Shown: positions 12,377 through 24,600 of the stretch, piece by piece
Numbering within the stretch: the first letter of the stretch is position 1
Layout: every line of letters starts with the position of its first letter
Source: Bilabrum cf. latius
Lineage: Eukaryota
Direction of reading: 5' to 3'
Length of the DNA stretch: 64,000 nt
NCBI GenBank assembly: GCA_965178125.1
Contig: OZ237768.1
Span: 310,001-374,000, forward strand
The notes under the pieces: model-generated
Told to the model about the DNA's origin: nothing
Database searches by the model: none
The model's input: the letters and a program-made list of their open reading frames with translations, nothing else
Program-made: the position numbers and the translations under genes

Positions 12377-14794
12377 ATGGGCTGCGGGCTTTCGAAGATG
12401 CCGGAAGGCATTGCTACAGACGAAGTAAGTACACTAAAGACATCGAACGACTGCAATTGTACTCATTTATACTAAGCACTCGGCAAACACCTTGAGGGCG
12501 GGTTGAAACCATCGCAGCCAACGAAGGAACGCCAGTCTTCTTCTCGGGGCTAGAAGCATTCTTCCGCGCCACAACCGGACGTGCAAGCACCCAACCACCA
12601 GGAAGATCACAAACAAAATGATGGGTAGGGAATAGTTTCCCGGGGTAATATCATAGAAAAAGCGGACTAGGAAGCGTTTTCTGGCTATTTCGAGCCGGAC
12701 GGAACGAAGGTGGTGAGATCGAGTGCATTCGCAGACGGAACTACCGTGTGGATCCTTGCCGCAATCAAGTCGAGGCGTCAGAGGGTATTCTTTTCATGTG
12801 GTGTCAGCGAGGCAAGGGCTGTACAATCATGGTTTCAAGGTCTCATCTCGCTCTTGATCGACAAGGCAAACGTCGTTCCCGGTGTTCTGGGATCTGCTGA
12901 AAAGATTAGGTGCGTGCCAGCATGCGACAGCTCTTTCATGGCCCACGTGCCAAGTAAATTAAGCGTATGGACCGAGCGCGTGGCTGCCCGGGAAGCGCCA
13001 CGAAACGTCCAACTTTCCGTGACGGCAATGCTTCACAGCCTCCGGCTTCGTGGAGATCCATGCCAGAATCAGTACCGGGTAATCAGCGGAGTTGATATGA
13101 CAGGAGATGCTAGTGGCAGCGTGAGTGCCGCATCAGCAGGTTCCGTGAACATGTTTTCCTTCGGGGTGGGGAGCAGGATGAGCGAGCGAGGGAAGTCGGA
13201 TGGCGCTGTACTTGGCTTGAAGTCATGCTTCCGCAAGGCTTCGGATCGCAGTGAGCTAACCCCAAATGAGGTTATTTCTCTGAATTTGCGGGTACAGACA
13301 AGTGGCCGGGGCAAGTGGGCAACACGCACTTCAAAGGCTGCACGTAGTGCCCCGCAGCGAGCAGCATCGCAGCAATACTACACCACTGGCGTAGATGATC
13401 GGTCCGCAGGAAACAAATACCGAATCAAAGGAAGTGTGCCATTGGACCATGATAATGTTGGCGCGGAGGAAGGAGGCATGGGCGAGCCGGCCATTGCGGT
13501 CGCAAGCAAGAGCTATCCGGATCCGCAGAGAACCAAGTGGGTCGCAGCTAAACAAGCGTCCAAAGCTTCATCGTCTCGCAAAGAGACTGGTACCACTAGC
13601 CGCCATGCTGCTGCGGTTGCAGCTGCAGCTGCGCTTGCCGAAAACGGTAGCGGCGAGAGGAGCATCGATTCAGAGGAATCACGAGCGCACCGCACCAACA
13701 CTGACAGCAGCAGAAGCAGGAGCAAGCCAGCACTTACGCAGTCTCTCTCCTTCGAGCAGTTCTCTTCCTCTGGTGGCTCATTCGTGTTCGGCAGGAGGCA
13801 GGTCCTCGGGGCAGTGCAAGGCGGGTCGAGCCTGTACTCCACCAAGGGCCCGGGAGCAGTGGGCAGCGGTAGCGACCCCGGGCGGTCCATGGTACCAGTG
13901 CCAACCATCCAGGTGGCCCGGGCCTTCCTCGGCATGCCGGAGCAGGCTACGAGCAAGGATGACGATGGTGCATCCAGTGCCGCAGAGGACCGATCGGGCG
14001 TGCAGGTGGAAGAAATCAGGCCCGATGGGGGAGTCTTGTTGGCTGGAGGGAACAGCGCCACAGTAGTGCTGACCAGGCCCTCTCGCCGGTCCGTCTCGTG
14101 TCCTGCTGTGGACGGCCCTGCACACCCTGCTGCTGCCTCCACTGGCACGGCACACAGCCCGCACATGCCCACTGCCACCGGCCCTGTCTCCAAGTGGGGG
14201 GCCAAGAGAACAATGGCAAGGGGATACCCCGCAGCCAGCTCGGCCGGTGCGCCTCGTGCTGGCCCTGCTCCTCCCACTCGGTCAGCATTCACGTCCAACC
14301 AGGTCTTCCCCGCCCCGCCCAGCCCACCGCCGACCCATGATGTTGCTGCTGATGCAGCCTCGGGGCCCGGCACTGGTACAACTCCCGGAGACAAGTACAT
14401 TCCCACGTCCCTGCACTCGGTGCCCATGGCCCGGCTGGTGCCCTCTGATGTGTACCTGCCTGCCACCAAGCAGCACCAGACCATCCCCGAGCACGGGCCT
14501 GCGCCTGACACTACCACTGGCAGCGGGTCTCCAGACCACATCGCCAGGATGGCCAGCTCGGGTGCGTCCTCCGTGGGGTCCTCCATGATCGGCGTGCAGT
14601 AGGAGGAGAGGATGACGCTGACTCCACTGTTCCTGCTGACGATGCAGGGGCGCGGGTGGGACGGGCTGATGCGGCAGGCTCATTTTGTGCGGATGGTGAG
14701 GAACATGATCGGGGTGCACCACCTGGCCTTCGTGAAGCTCGAAGATGCGGGGGAACTTGCATGTGTGGACGCGCTGGGATCAGCTTCCATCTGA
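12377..14794 (+). CDS. Tandem family copy A: uncharacterised protein with N-terminal MGCxxS (putative myristoylation/palmitoylation); probable intron 12425-12517
   Basis: MGCGLSKMPEGIATDE|GTAAGT...ATCGCAG. In-frame TAGs near 12551, 12626, 12668 and at 14600; TGA at 14792-14794. Homologous to copies B and C. Confidence 0.7.
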
Positions 14795-15146
14795 TTGTTC
14801 GATTTGATTCGATTCGTGTCGTTTTGAAACATTCTTGCGTTGTGGGACACCATCGTACTGCTATCGACATAGTGTCGCCAGGGTAGGCGAGTTCGAGCAG
14901 CCGGTTCCAACCGCGGCGATAGCGTCTGCCGGTCGCAAGCTGGTCCACCACGAACGCCCGCGACTCTGGTTCGCATTTCCACGGCACTCTGCAAAGTGCC
15001 CCATTACGAACAGGGCGATCCTCGCGACACCTGGATTTCGAGAAGTGTACCATTCACTCACAAAGGTTGCTTCCCCGACAGAAGCACTGACACAGCGCCT
15101 CATTCGCAGACTTCGGCAGCAACGCGGGCAAGTTCCGTCGGAAGTC

Positions 15147-17503
15147 ATGGGATGCGTTTGGTCTCAGCCCGGAGATTTGGCTGCTAATCAAGTGAGATGC
15201 GATGATGACATCATACTGACTGCGAGCTTGTGTCGCTCTCTCGTATCCTTGTTTACCGTCAAAATGGCCATGACAAGATGCCCTGCCAAATTCCGCAGCC
15301 AGCCGTGCCCCGACCGCTGCACGGCCACGAGGAGCCCTCTGATCTGCATTCGTCCGGCAGCCTGAAGTCATTACATGGTGATGATGCTATCGGCTTGCAT
15401 CTTGGTCAAGGTGCGGGCCCAATACTTCAACAGACCGGCTCGTCCGGCTCAGCGATGTCGCTGAGGCCGGCAGGGCAGAGCGCCATGGCCAACGACACAG
15501 TCGTTTGGATCATCGCTGCAGTGAAAAGCAAGAGACAAAGAGCTTTCTTCTCTTGCGGGATCAACGAAGCAAAGGCCGTGCAGATGTGGTTTCAGAACCT
15601 GCACAGCGCCTTTGCAAACGTCGTCGCACGTAATGCCGACGCGATCGGTTCAGCAGACAAGCTTCGATGCGTGGCAGCATGCGAAAGCTCGTTCATGGCA
15701 CAAGTACCGAAGAAACTAAGGGTGTGGACCAAGCAAGCACCAGCGGCTCAGGAGCCGACACGAATCCCCCGCCATATCGTGACCTCGATGCTGCACAGCC
15801 TTCGTTTGCCTGGCGATCCGAGCCAGAATCGATACAAAGTGATCGGTGGAGTTGATATGACACGGGACTTTAGTGGCAGCATGAGTGCAGCTTCGGTTGG
15901 ATCTGTGGGCGTGTTTTCAGGTGGTTTGGGCAGCCGGTCGGGCACTCGTGGCAAGTCGGATGGTTCTGTGCTCGGCCTGAAGTCTTGTTTCCGGAAGCCA
16001 TCAGACCGCAATCAATTCTTGGTGAATGGATCTTTGTCACTGGATCTGCGGCTGTAGTAGAGGGGCATCGGCGGGAAGAGGGCTGGAAGCATAACTGGGA
16101 CCAGAGCGGCAAAGCGAGCAGCGTCGCAGCCATTCCACGCTACAACAGCAGGCCGGTGGTCGCACAGGCTGCGCCTGGACGATGACGATACAAGCAGCGA
16201 GTCTGGCGACGAAGGCGGCCCGGATGGCATCTCCAGGGTGCGCGGCGTCCCTCCCGCCCCTGAGGCTCCAGCCACGGTGGGACACGGAGACATGGACCGC
16301 TCAGCAGGTGACGACGATGCAGCGAGCAACAACGCCAGCGGTCCCGGGACCAAGCCAGGCGCCGATGATGGCAGAGAACACCGTGGAGACAGCGAGCTCG
16401 ACTCTGGTGCAGAGGACCAGCCCCAGCCCTCGCCGAGCAGCAGCAGCACCTACGACTCCCTGACCAAGACAGGGTCCGTCGGGATGAGCAGCGGCAGCGG
16501 AAGCTCACCAAGGGGGCCCGGCATGTTCAACCGTCAGATGGTGCTGCGGGCAGTGCAGGGAGAAGCCAGCATGAGCTCTGTGGCTCGGAGCGCCAGCGTG
16601 TACATGACCACACCCCCCGTGATCGAGGTGGCTGCGACTTTCCTAGGCATCCAGCCGCATGGGAGCGGTGGGGGGTGGAAGGGGACACACGGTGCGCGGG
16701 TCATGAAGGGGATCACCCACGGCAAGCAGTCCCAGCCCACCGCAGATTCATGTGCAGGTTCAGGTGCAGGTGTGTCTGTGGGAAGGCCCTCTTGCCGGAC
16801 CGTCTCGTGTCCTGCAGTGGACGGGACTGCACACCCTGCTGCTGCCTCCACCGGTACGGCACACAGCCCGCACATGCCCACTGCCACCGGCCCTGTCTCC
16901 AAGTGGGGGGCCAAGAGAACAATGGCAAGGGGATACCCCGCAGCCAGCTCGGCCGGTGCGCCTCGTGCTGCCCCTGCTCCTCCCACCAGGTCAGCATCCA
17001 CGTCCAACCAGGTCTTCCCCGCCCCGCCCAGCCCACCGCCGACCCATGATGTTGCTGCTGATGCAGCCTCGGGGCCCGGCACTGGCACAACTCCCGGAGA
17101 CAAGTACATTCCCACGTCCCTGCACTCGGTGCCCATGGCCCGGCTGGTGCCCTCTGATGTGTACCTGCCTGCCACCAAGCAGCACCAGACCATCCCCGAG
17201 CACGGGCCTGCGCCTGACACTACCACTGGCAGCGAGTCTCCAGACCACATCGCCAGGATGGCCAGCTCGGGTGCGTCCTCCGTGGGGTCCTCCATGATCG
17301 GCGTGCAGTAGGAGGAGAGGATGACGCTGACTCCACTGTTCCTGCTGACGATGCAGGGGCGCGGGTGGGACGGGCTGATGCGGCAGGCTCATTTTGTGCG
17401 GATGGTGAGGAACATGATCGGGGTGCACCACCTGGCCTTCGTGAAGCTCGAAGATGCGGGGGGACTTGCATGTGTGGACGCGCTGGGATCAGCTTCCATC
17501 TGA
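15147..17503 (+). CDS. Tandem family copy B (apparent C/A recombinant); intron 15192-15298
   Basis: MGCVWSQPGDLAANQ|GTGAG...CCGCAG. TAG TAG at 16055-16060 and TAG at 17309 join ORFs 15230-16057, 16238-17311 and 17321-17503; TGA stop. Confidence 0.75.
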
Positions 17504-17882
17504 TTGTTCGATTCGATTCGATTCGTGTCGTTAGATGCGTGTGGATGAGTTTTGAAATATTCTGGCGTTGTGGAAGACTAGCAAGTCTATCGTATTGCTA
17601 TCGGCATAATGCCGCCAGGGTAGGCGAGTTCGAGCAGCCGGTTCCAACCGCGACGAAAGCGTCTGCCGGTCGCAAGCTGGTCCACCACGAACGCCGCGAT
17701 TCTGGTTCGCATTTCCACGGCGCTCTGCAAAGTGCCCCATTACGAACAGGGCGATCCTCGCGACACCTGGATTTCGAGAAGTGTACCATTCACTCACAAA
17801 GGTTGCTTCCCCGACAGAAGCACTGACACAGCGCCTCATTCGCAGACTTCGGCAGCAACGCGGGCAAGTTCCGTCGGAAGTC

Positions 17883-20203
17883 ATGGGATGCGTTTGGTCT
17901 CAGCCCGGAGATTAGCCTCCTAATCAAGTGAGATGCGATGATGACATCGTACTGACTGCGAGCTTGTGTCGCTCTCTCGTATCCTTGTTTACCGTCAAAA
18001 TGGCCATGACAAGATGCCCTGCCAAATTCCGCAGCCAGCCGTGCCCCGACTGCCGCACGGCCACGAGGAGCCCTCTGATCTGCATTCGTCCGGCAGCCTG
18101 AAGTCATTACATGGTGATGATGCTATCGGCTTGCATCTTGGTCAAGGTGCGGGCCCAATACTTCAACAGACCGGCTCGTCCGGCTCAGCGATGTCGCTGA
18201 GGCCGGCAGGGCAGAGCGCCATGGCCAACGACACAGTCGTTTGGATCATCGCTGCAGTGAAAAGCAAGAGACAAAGAGCTTTCTTCTCTTGCGGGATCAA
18301 CGAAGCAAAGGCCGTGCAGATGTGGTTTCAGAACCTGCACAGCGCCTTTGCAAACGTCGTCGCACGTAATGCCGACGCGATCGGTTCAGCAGACAAGCTT
18401 CGATGCGTGGCAGCATGCGAAAGCTCGTTCATGGCACAAGTACCGAAGAAACTAAGGGTGTGGACCAAGCAAGCACCAGCGGCTCAGGAGCCGACACGAA
18501 TCCCCCGCCATATCGTGACCTCGATGCTGCACAGCCTTCGTTTGCCTGGCGATCCGAGCCAGAATCGATACAAAGTGATCGGTGGAGTTGATATGACACG
18601 GGACTTTAGTGGCAGCATGAGTGCAGCTTCGGTTGGATCTGTGGGCGTGTTTTCAGGTGGTTTGGGCAGCCGGTCGGGCACTCGTGGCAAGTCGGATGGC
18701 TCTGTGCTCGGCCTGAAGTCTTGTTTCCGGAAGCCATCAGACCGCAATCAATTCTTGGTGAATGGATCTTTGTCACTGGATCTGCGGCTGTAGTAGAGGG
18801 GCATCGGCGGGAAGAGGGCTGGAAGCACAACTGGGGCCAGAGCGGCAAAGCGAGCAGCGTCGCAGCCATTCCACGCTACAACAGCAGGCCGGTGGTCGCA
18901 CAGGCTGCGCCTGGACGATGACGATACAAGCAGCGAGTCTGGCGACGAAGGCGGCCCGGATGGCATCTCCAGGGTGCGCGGCGTCCCTCCCGCCCCTGAG
19001 GCTCCAGCCACGTTGGGACACGGAGACATGGACCGCTCAGCAGGTGACGACGATGCAGCGAGCAACAACGCCAGCGGTCCCGGGACCAAGCCAGGCGCCG
19101 ATGATGGCAGAGAACACCGTGGAGACAGCGAGCTCGACTCTGGTGCAGAGGACCAGCCCCAGCCCTCGCCGAGCAGCAGCAGCACCTACGACTCCCTGAC
19201 CAAGACAGGGTCCGTCGGGATGAGCAGCGGCAGCGGAAGCTCACCAAGGGGGCCCGGCATGTTCAACCGTCAGATGGTGCTGCGGGCAGTGCAGGGAGAA
19301 GCCAGCATGAGCTCTGTGGCTCGGAGCGCCAGCGTGTACATGACCACACCCCCCGTGATCGAGGTGGCTGCGACTTTCCTAGGCATCCAGCCGCATGGGA
19401 GCGGTGGGGGGTGGAAGGGGACACACGGTGCGCGGGTCATGAAGGGGATCACCCACGGCAAGCAGTCCCAGCCCACCGCAGATTCATGTGCAGGTTCAGG
19501 TGCAGGTGTGTCTGTGGGAAGGCCCTCTCGCCGGACCGTCTCGTGTCCTGCAGTGGACGGGACTGCACACCCTGGTGCTGCCTCCACCGGTACGGCACAC
19601 AGCCCGCACATGCCCCCTGCCACCGGCCCTGTCTCCAAGTGGGGGGCCAAGAGAACAATGGCAAGGGGATACCCCGCAGCCAGCTCGGCCGGTGCGCCTC
19701 GTGCTGGCATTGCCCCTCCCACCCGGTCAGCATCCACGTCCAACCAGGTCTTCCCCGCCCCGCCCAGCCCACCGCCGACCCATGATGTTGCTGCTGCTGC
19801 AGCCTCGGGACCCGGCACTGATACAACCCCCGGTGGCAAGTACATGCCCACGTCCCTGCACTCGGTGCCCATGGCCCGGCTGGTGCCCTCTGATGTGTAC
19901 CTGCCTGCCACCAAGCAGCACCAGACCATCCCCGAGCACGGGCCTGCGCCTGACACTGCCACTGGCAGCGGGTCTCCAGACCACATCGCCAGGATGGCCA
20001 GCTCGGGTGCGTCCTCCGTGGGGTCCTCCATGATCGGCGTGCAGCAGGAGGAGAGGATGACGCTGACTCCACTGTTCCTGCTGACGATGCAGGGGCGCGG
20101 GTGGGACGGGCTGATGCGGCAGGCGCATTTTGTGCGGATGGTGAGGAACATGATCGGGGTGCACCACCTGGCCTTCGTGAAGCTGGAGGGGGCGAGGGGG
20201 TGA
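17883..20203 (+). CDS. Tandem family copy C; intron 17928-18034; C-terminus altered by a 65-bp repeat
   Basis: Near-identical to B over the 5' part (offset 2736 bp). TAGs at 17913, 18791, 18794; CAG at 20045 where A and B have TAG; TGA at 20201-20203. Confidence 0.75.
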
Positions 20204-20444
20204 TGGTGAGGAACATGATCGGGGTGCACCACCTGGCCTTCGTGAAGCTGGAGGGGGCGCGGGGGTGATGGTGAGGAACATGATCGGGGTGCACCACCTG
20301 GCCTTCGTGAAGCTGGAGGGGGCGAGGGGGTGATGGTGAGGAACATGATCGGGGTGCACCACCTGGCCTTCGTGAAGCTGGAGGGGGCGCGGGGGTGATG
20401 GTGAGGAACATGATCGGGGTGCACCACCTGGCCTTCGTGAAGCT
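20138..20444 (+). repeat. 65-bp tandem repeat, ~4.7 copies, derived from the 3' end of copy C
   Basis: Units start at 20138, 20203, 20268, 20333 and 20398 (ATGGTGAGGAACATGATCGGGGTGCACC...). One site alternates A/C between successive units. Confidence 0.95.
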
Positions 20445-20537
20445 ATAGCAACAGGAAGTGGAGCCGGAGGTGGACTGACAACGCACCTTGCAGTGCATAG
20501 GCATATATCAGATACGTCAACTATTTTTTTTCTTAAA

Positions 20538-21438
20538 TCAAGAGCAGCACCCGCCGCTTGGCTTCGTGCCATCATCGTCGTCATCATCCACCTCTACAAA
20601 ATCTTCACCCCTCTCGCCTTCCCTCCCCACGTTATTTATGATCAGTTTAGCCAACTCTCGAAACGCCTCGGTGACTCCCTCGCCCGTCTTGGCCGATGTC
20701 TCCGCCACGACAAGCCCACCCTCCCGTTTCTCCAGGGCCTTTTTGACCTGCTCCACCAGGACTTTTCGGCTGTCGTCCGCCTCCTTCCTGCTCCGCGCGT
20801 CCATTCGGTCCAGGATGTCTGTCTTGTTTCCGATTAGCACGATCTGAGCGTCTTCGTCAGCCAAGCTGTGTATCGTTCTAACGTACTCATCGAGCACTTT
20901 CTGCAGCGTGGACATATCGGTGACGTCGTACACGAGGATGATTCCTTTCCTGCCGCGGATGTGGCTCTTTGTGATAGAAGCAAATCGCTCCTAGCCCGCA
21001 GTGTCGAACACGTTCAACCGGATATTGCAGCCATCCACCTGCGAGCCGAAACACTAGGCAGCATTGGCCGCGACGAACAGATCGATGCCATTCGCTTCGC
21101 AAGACGCAGCTTTGCAGCCAACATAGATGCTCTCACTTCGTCTGTAATACTAACTAGGTCCACACCGATCGTGGCACGATACCCTGGCCCGAAACGCTCT
21201 CCAGCGTATCCATGAACTAGTGTTGTCTTACCAACACCAGCGTCTCCGAGCTGCAACGGTGCGCATGAGTTCGATGAGCAGGATAAGAAATACGTGTAGC
21301 GCGCTCTTCGACCAACGATGAACAAGAAATGAATGATACAGTGCGCCAGCGAGTAGACCTTACTGTGCACGCCGTAGTCGACAGGTCGTCCTCAATGTCC
21401 CCTATTCCTCCATAAGCGCCTGAATGGGCACCTGCCAT
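20538..21438 (-). CDS. Rab-family small GTPase; exons 21438-21364 (tentative), 21250-21137, 21038-20538
   Basis: GDAGVGKT, ATIGVD, FDTAG[TAG]ERF, VYDVT, GNKTD, ETSAKTG and C-terminal CCS prenylation motif; TGA stop. GT..AG introns 21251-21363 and 21039-21136. Confidence 0.92.
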
Positions 21439-21630
21439 ACAATTGTTACGCAGCGAGTGACTTTGTCTGGCCGCAGATGTATTGGCTTAGTGTTTGACCA
21501 GATCCATCCACGAATGTTGCGTTCTGCCAATTCTTTGATATCATCTTCATATTTGGATGTTTGGTTACAACCGCTTTCGAATCGGTTGGACGCGAGCAAC
21601 TTCTCGGGACACCCAACACGTTTCTGGCTG

Positions 21631-24600
21631 ATGTCAACCCAGGATGAAGTGACCTAGCGATTGAAACGCATCCAGAAAAGGAAGCATGAGATCGCTGTGC
21701 TTGAGTCTCTGCCTCCTGCTAGGTATCAGGCATACGTGAAGCTTCAACAAAGGCAGGCCGCTGCTTCAATTTAGCGGGCCTTTCGGCGCAAGCAGGATGG
21801 CGATTATAGTGAAATCGACTTGCCACGTTTGTCTCCTTCAGACAGTCACGGCGGTGTAATCACGTCTTTGGAAGGAGAATCAAAACATGTAGAGACGAAA
21901 AGCCCAGACCGAGGCGACGATGTCGGCGATCGGCCGCAGGACAAGTTGGCACCGGAGACCGCCGCTGAACGCGATGTAGATGATGCATTTGCTGCACCGG
22001 ATGGAGAAGCTTCATTGAGCGCGGACGTCGCCGTTGATCCAGGGGCTCTGTCTCACAAGCAGCACGAGTACCTGCAGTGGGCCGAAGATGAGCACCGCGT
22101 CCGCGGCAGGCCGCGCTAGCTGCGCCATTGGAACGGATACGCGGACGTAGACGCCGACACGAGCGGTCGCGAAGCAAGCGGCCGGTGGATGGAGCGAGCA
22201 CGCCGGATTGCTCATCTCAGGGCAAGGTCAGAAGCCGCCCTGCAGTCCCTCCACGGCCTCAAACCGGAACATCGCGCCCCCGATGCCGCTCGATCAGCCG
22301 AGAATGCTAGCCCCGGATCAGGTGCTCGACTCAGCGGTCCCACGGCGCGCCACCGCCGCTCGCTTCTGGCCCGCAGGACGGCTGCACTCAGGGCCCGGCT
22401 CATGAAGCCACCGACTCTGCACGATGTGTGCCCGCCCACGACTGCGGAAGGTGCGGCGGCGGCGGAACAACAGCGAATCGGAGGCACGGGGCATGGGTCT
22501 GATTCTGGCTCCGAGTCGACCTTATCGGGGCTTGGTAGTGGCGAGTCTGCCAACAAGGGCCAGGGCCAGAGCAAGGGCAAGGGCGAGGGCAAGGGCGAGG
22601 GCGAGGGTAGCGGCCAAGACGGCGGAGAAGACGACGGGGAAAGGCAAGGGGGGAGAAACGGAGAGGGTGCAGACGAGGAGGGTGACGTTGCTGGAGACGG
22701 CAAGGCAGACGGAAGGCAGGTGCGGCGCCGCGCTTTGGACCGCAGGGCAGATATGTTCCGCAAGGCCGCCGAGGCTGCGCGGCGCCTCACACCATCAGAC
22801 CCTCGCATCCGGCGAGCAGGGGAGAGGGCACACCGGGACATGCTGCGGGCTCTGCTGCCGCCCGCCGACGCGGCACGGGAGTGGTGGGCCGTGCATGCGG
22901 GCGGGCAGAGCACGGATATCAGGCAGGAGCAGGAGCTGCCACTGCAGGTGCTAGAGGTAGACGCGACCGCTGCTGCTGCATCCAAGGGCAGCGCCGGCGG
23001 GGAAGGAGGAGAACCAGGCGATGGTACTAGCGATGAGAGCAAGGGTGCAGCGCACGATGGTGCAGCCACAGCTGCCGCTCCCGACGCCCCGCTGCCTCCA
23101 TCAGACCCCAACTCCCGCCGGTACACGGAGAAGCACCCCTCCAGCGGCTGGTGGCTCGCATACTCCGCAGGCCCGTTCGCGGGAGCGCCCCGCCTCGGGC
23201 CACTGAGCCCCGCAGGGGTACTCCCAGCTGCCCTCAGGCGAGGCACCGCCAGGGAACACAAATCCACCCATGGAGACAGGCGCGACAGGGGTCGCGCGTT
23301 GAGCCAGTATCCGAGGTCAAGACAGCCCGTGGCTGCGGGAGGGGGGGGCGGCCCAGAGGTTCCCCTGCCGGTGGTGGCCGGTGCGATGGACCGGCTGGGG
23401 ATCGTGGACCCGTGGGACGGGGACCGGATCCTTGCGCTGCAGAATGCGCGGCGCCGGGCGGACAACGGAACCGGAGAGGGTGACGGGTCGGCAGGCGGCA
23501 CGCTCCGTGTGGGCGTCAACGGGCAGGCGCTGAGCCTTGAGGGCATGGAAGAGGCCAGGAGGGCGGCGGCAGCGGCAGCCAGGGAACAAGACGCGGACAG
23601 TGGAGAGGTGGACCCCGATGTGACCAATGACGGTGTGACGAGTGCGATCGCGGGTGGGCAGGAGGCCGTCGGGGACGGAGAGTCGGCCGAAGCCGCAATC
23701 CAGGGAACAGCGCAGGCACTGCTGGGTTCCGCAGGCGTGTCCGCGGCAGAGGCAGCGGCCGCTGCCGGCCTGTCCGAGCTCAACGACCCGCTCTCCGCCG
23801 CCCTGCGAGCCGCTCCCTCGCTCGAGGCGCCCGTGGTGCGGCCCTCTTCGTCCTCGTCGGCCCCCGAAGGATCCGGGTAGCAGGCCGTGGGTGGTTCCGC
23901 TGGCGCGGCGCCAGGGACGGTGAGCCGGTACGAGGGCGGGTTTGACCGGTACGGCGCCCCCGTCGCCCGCAGGTTGCCATCCTTCGCCGTGCCCAGCGGC
24001 AGCGCGCAGGAGAGGGCAACGCTGGTGAGGGTGGGGCTGAGGAGAGACACAGGGAGGGTGCTTCGGGCGGCCCGGCGGGCGCAGGAGGAGATACTCAGGG
24101 AGCAAAGGCGTCAGGGTGGACAAAGTGGTAGCGATGGGGAGGGCGGCAATGACGACCAGAGAGACCACGATCAGGTTGACAGCTGGGAGGCGGGCGGCGG
24201 GGCGCAAGCAGACAGCATGGTCAGGGACTCGCTGGATGGCAACCGGCTTGCGGAACCGGATGAATCGCGCGGCGCCGGTGGGGTTGCCATCCCTGTTAGC
24301 ACCGTGGGACGATTAGGAGGTTCCGCAGGCGCCGCGCATCCAGGCAATTTCTTCGTGCTGACCAGGGAACAGGTCCTCGAGATGGCGCAGGCCGTGGGCG
24401 GCGGCAGTGGTGACAGCGACAAGCGGGGAGGAGAGAATAGCGGTGCTGGGGACAGGGAGAGGGGGACACGAGGTGTTGGTAGAGGGCGAGGAAATGGGGA
24501 GGCATTTTACGGTGGCAATGGCGGTGTGAGCGGCGCTGGGTTTCAGCCGGGGCGCTCTGCCAGGTCATAGAGGAGCGGCCGCTCCATCCCCTTCGATCTG

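Noticed and set aside
20138-20444. CRISPR-like array (also 60616-60850)
   Set aside because: Contiguous tandem repeats without unique spacers; eukaryotic context, no cas genes.
20991-21774. Pyrrolysine, A-to-I editing to Trp, or programmed leaky readthrough
   Set aside because: Conserved sites need Gln (DTAGQ, IQ), I saw no common downstream context, and up to about 16 TAGs per gene is incompatible with leaky readthrough.
22212-24050. Long antisense ORFs (also 13513-14586, 19270-20427, 44160-45290)
   Set aside because: Shadow ORFs of GC-rich genes on the opposite strand, with no recognisable motifs.
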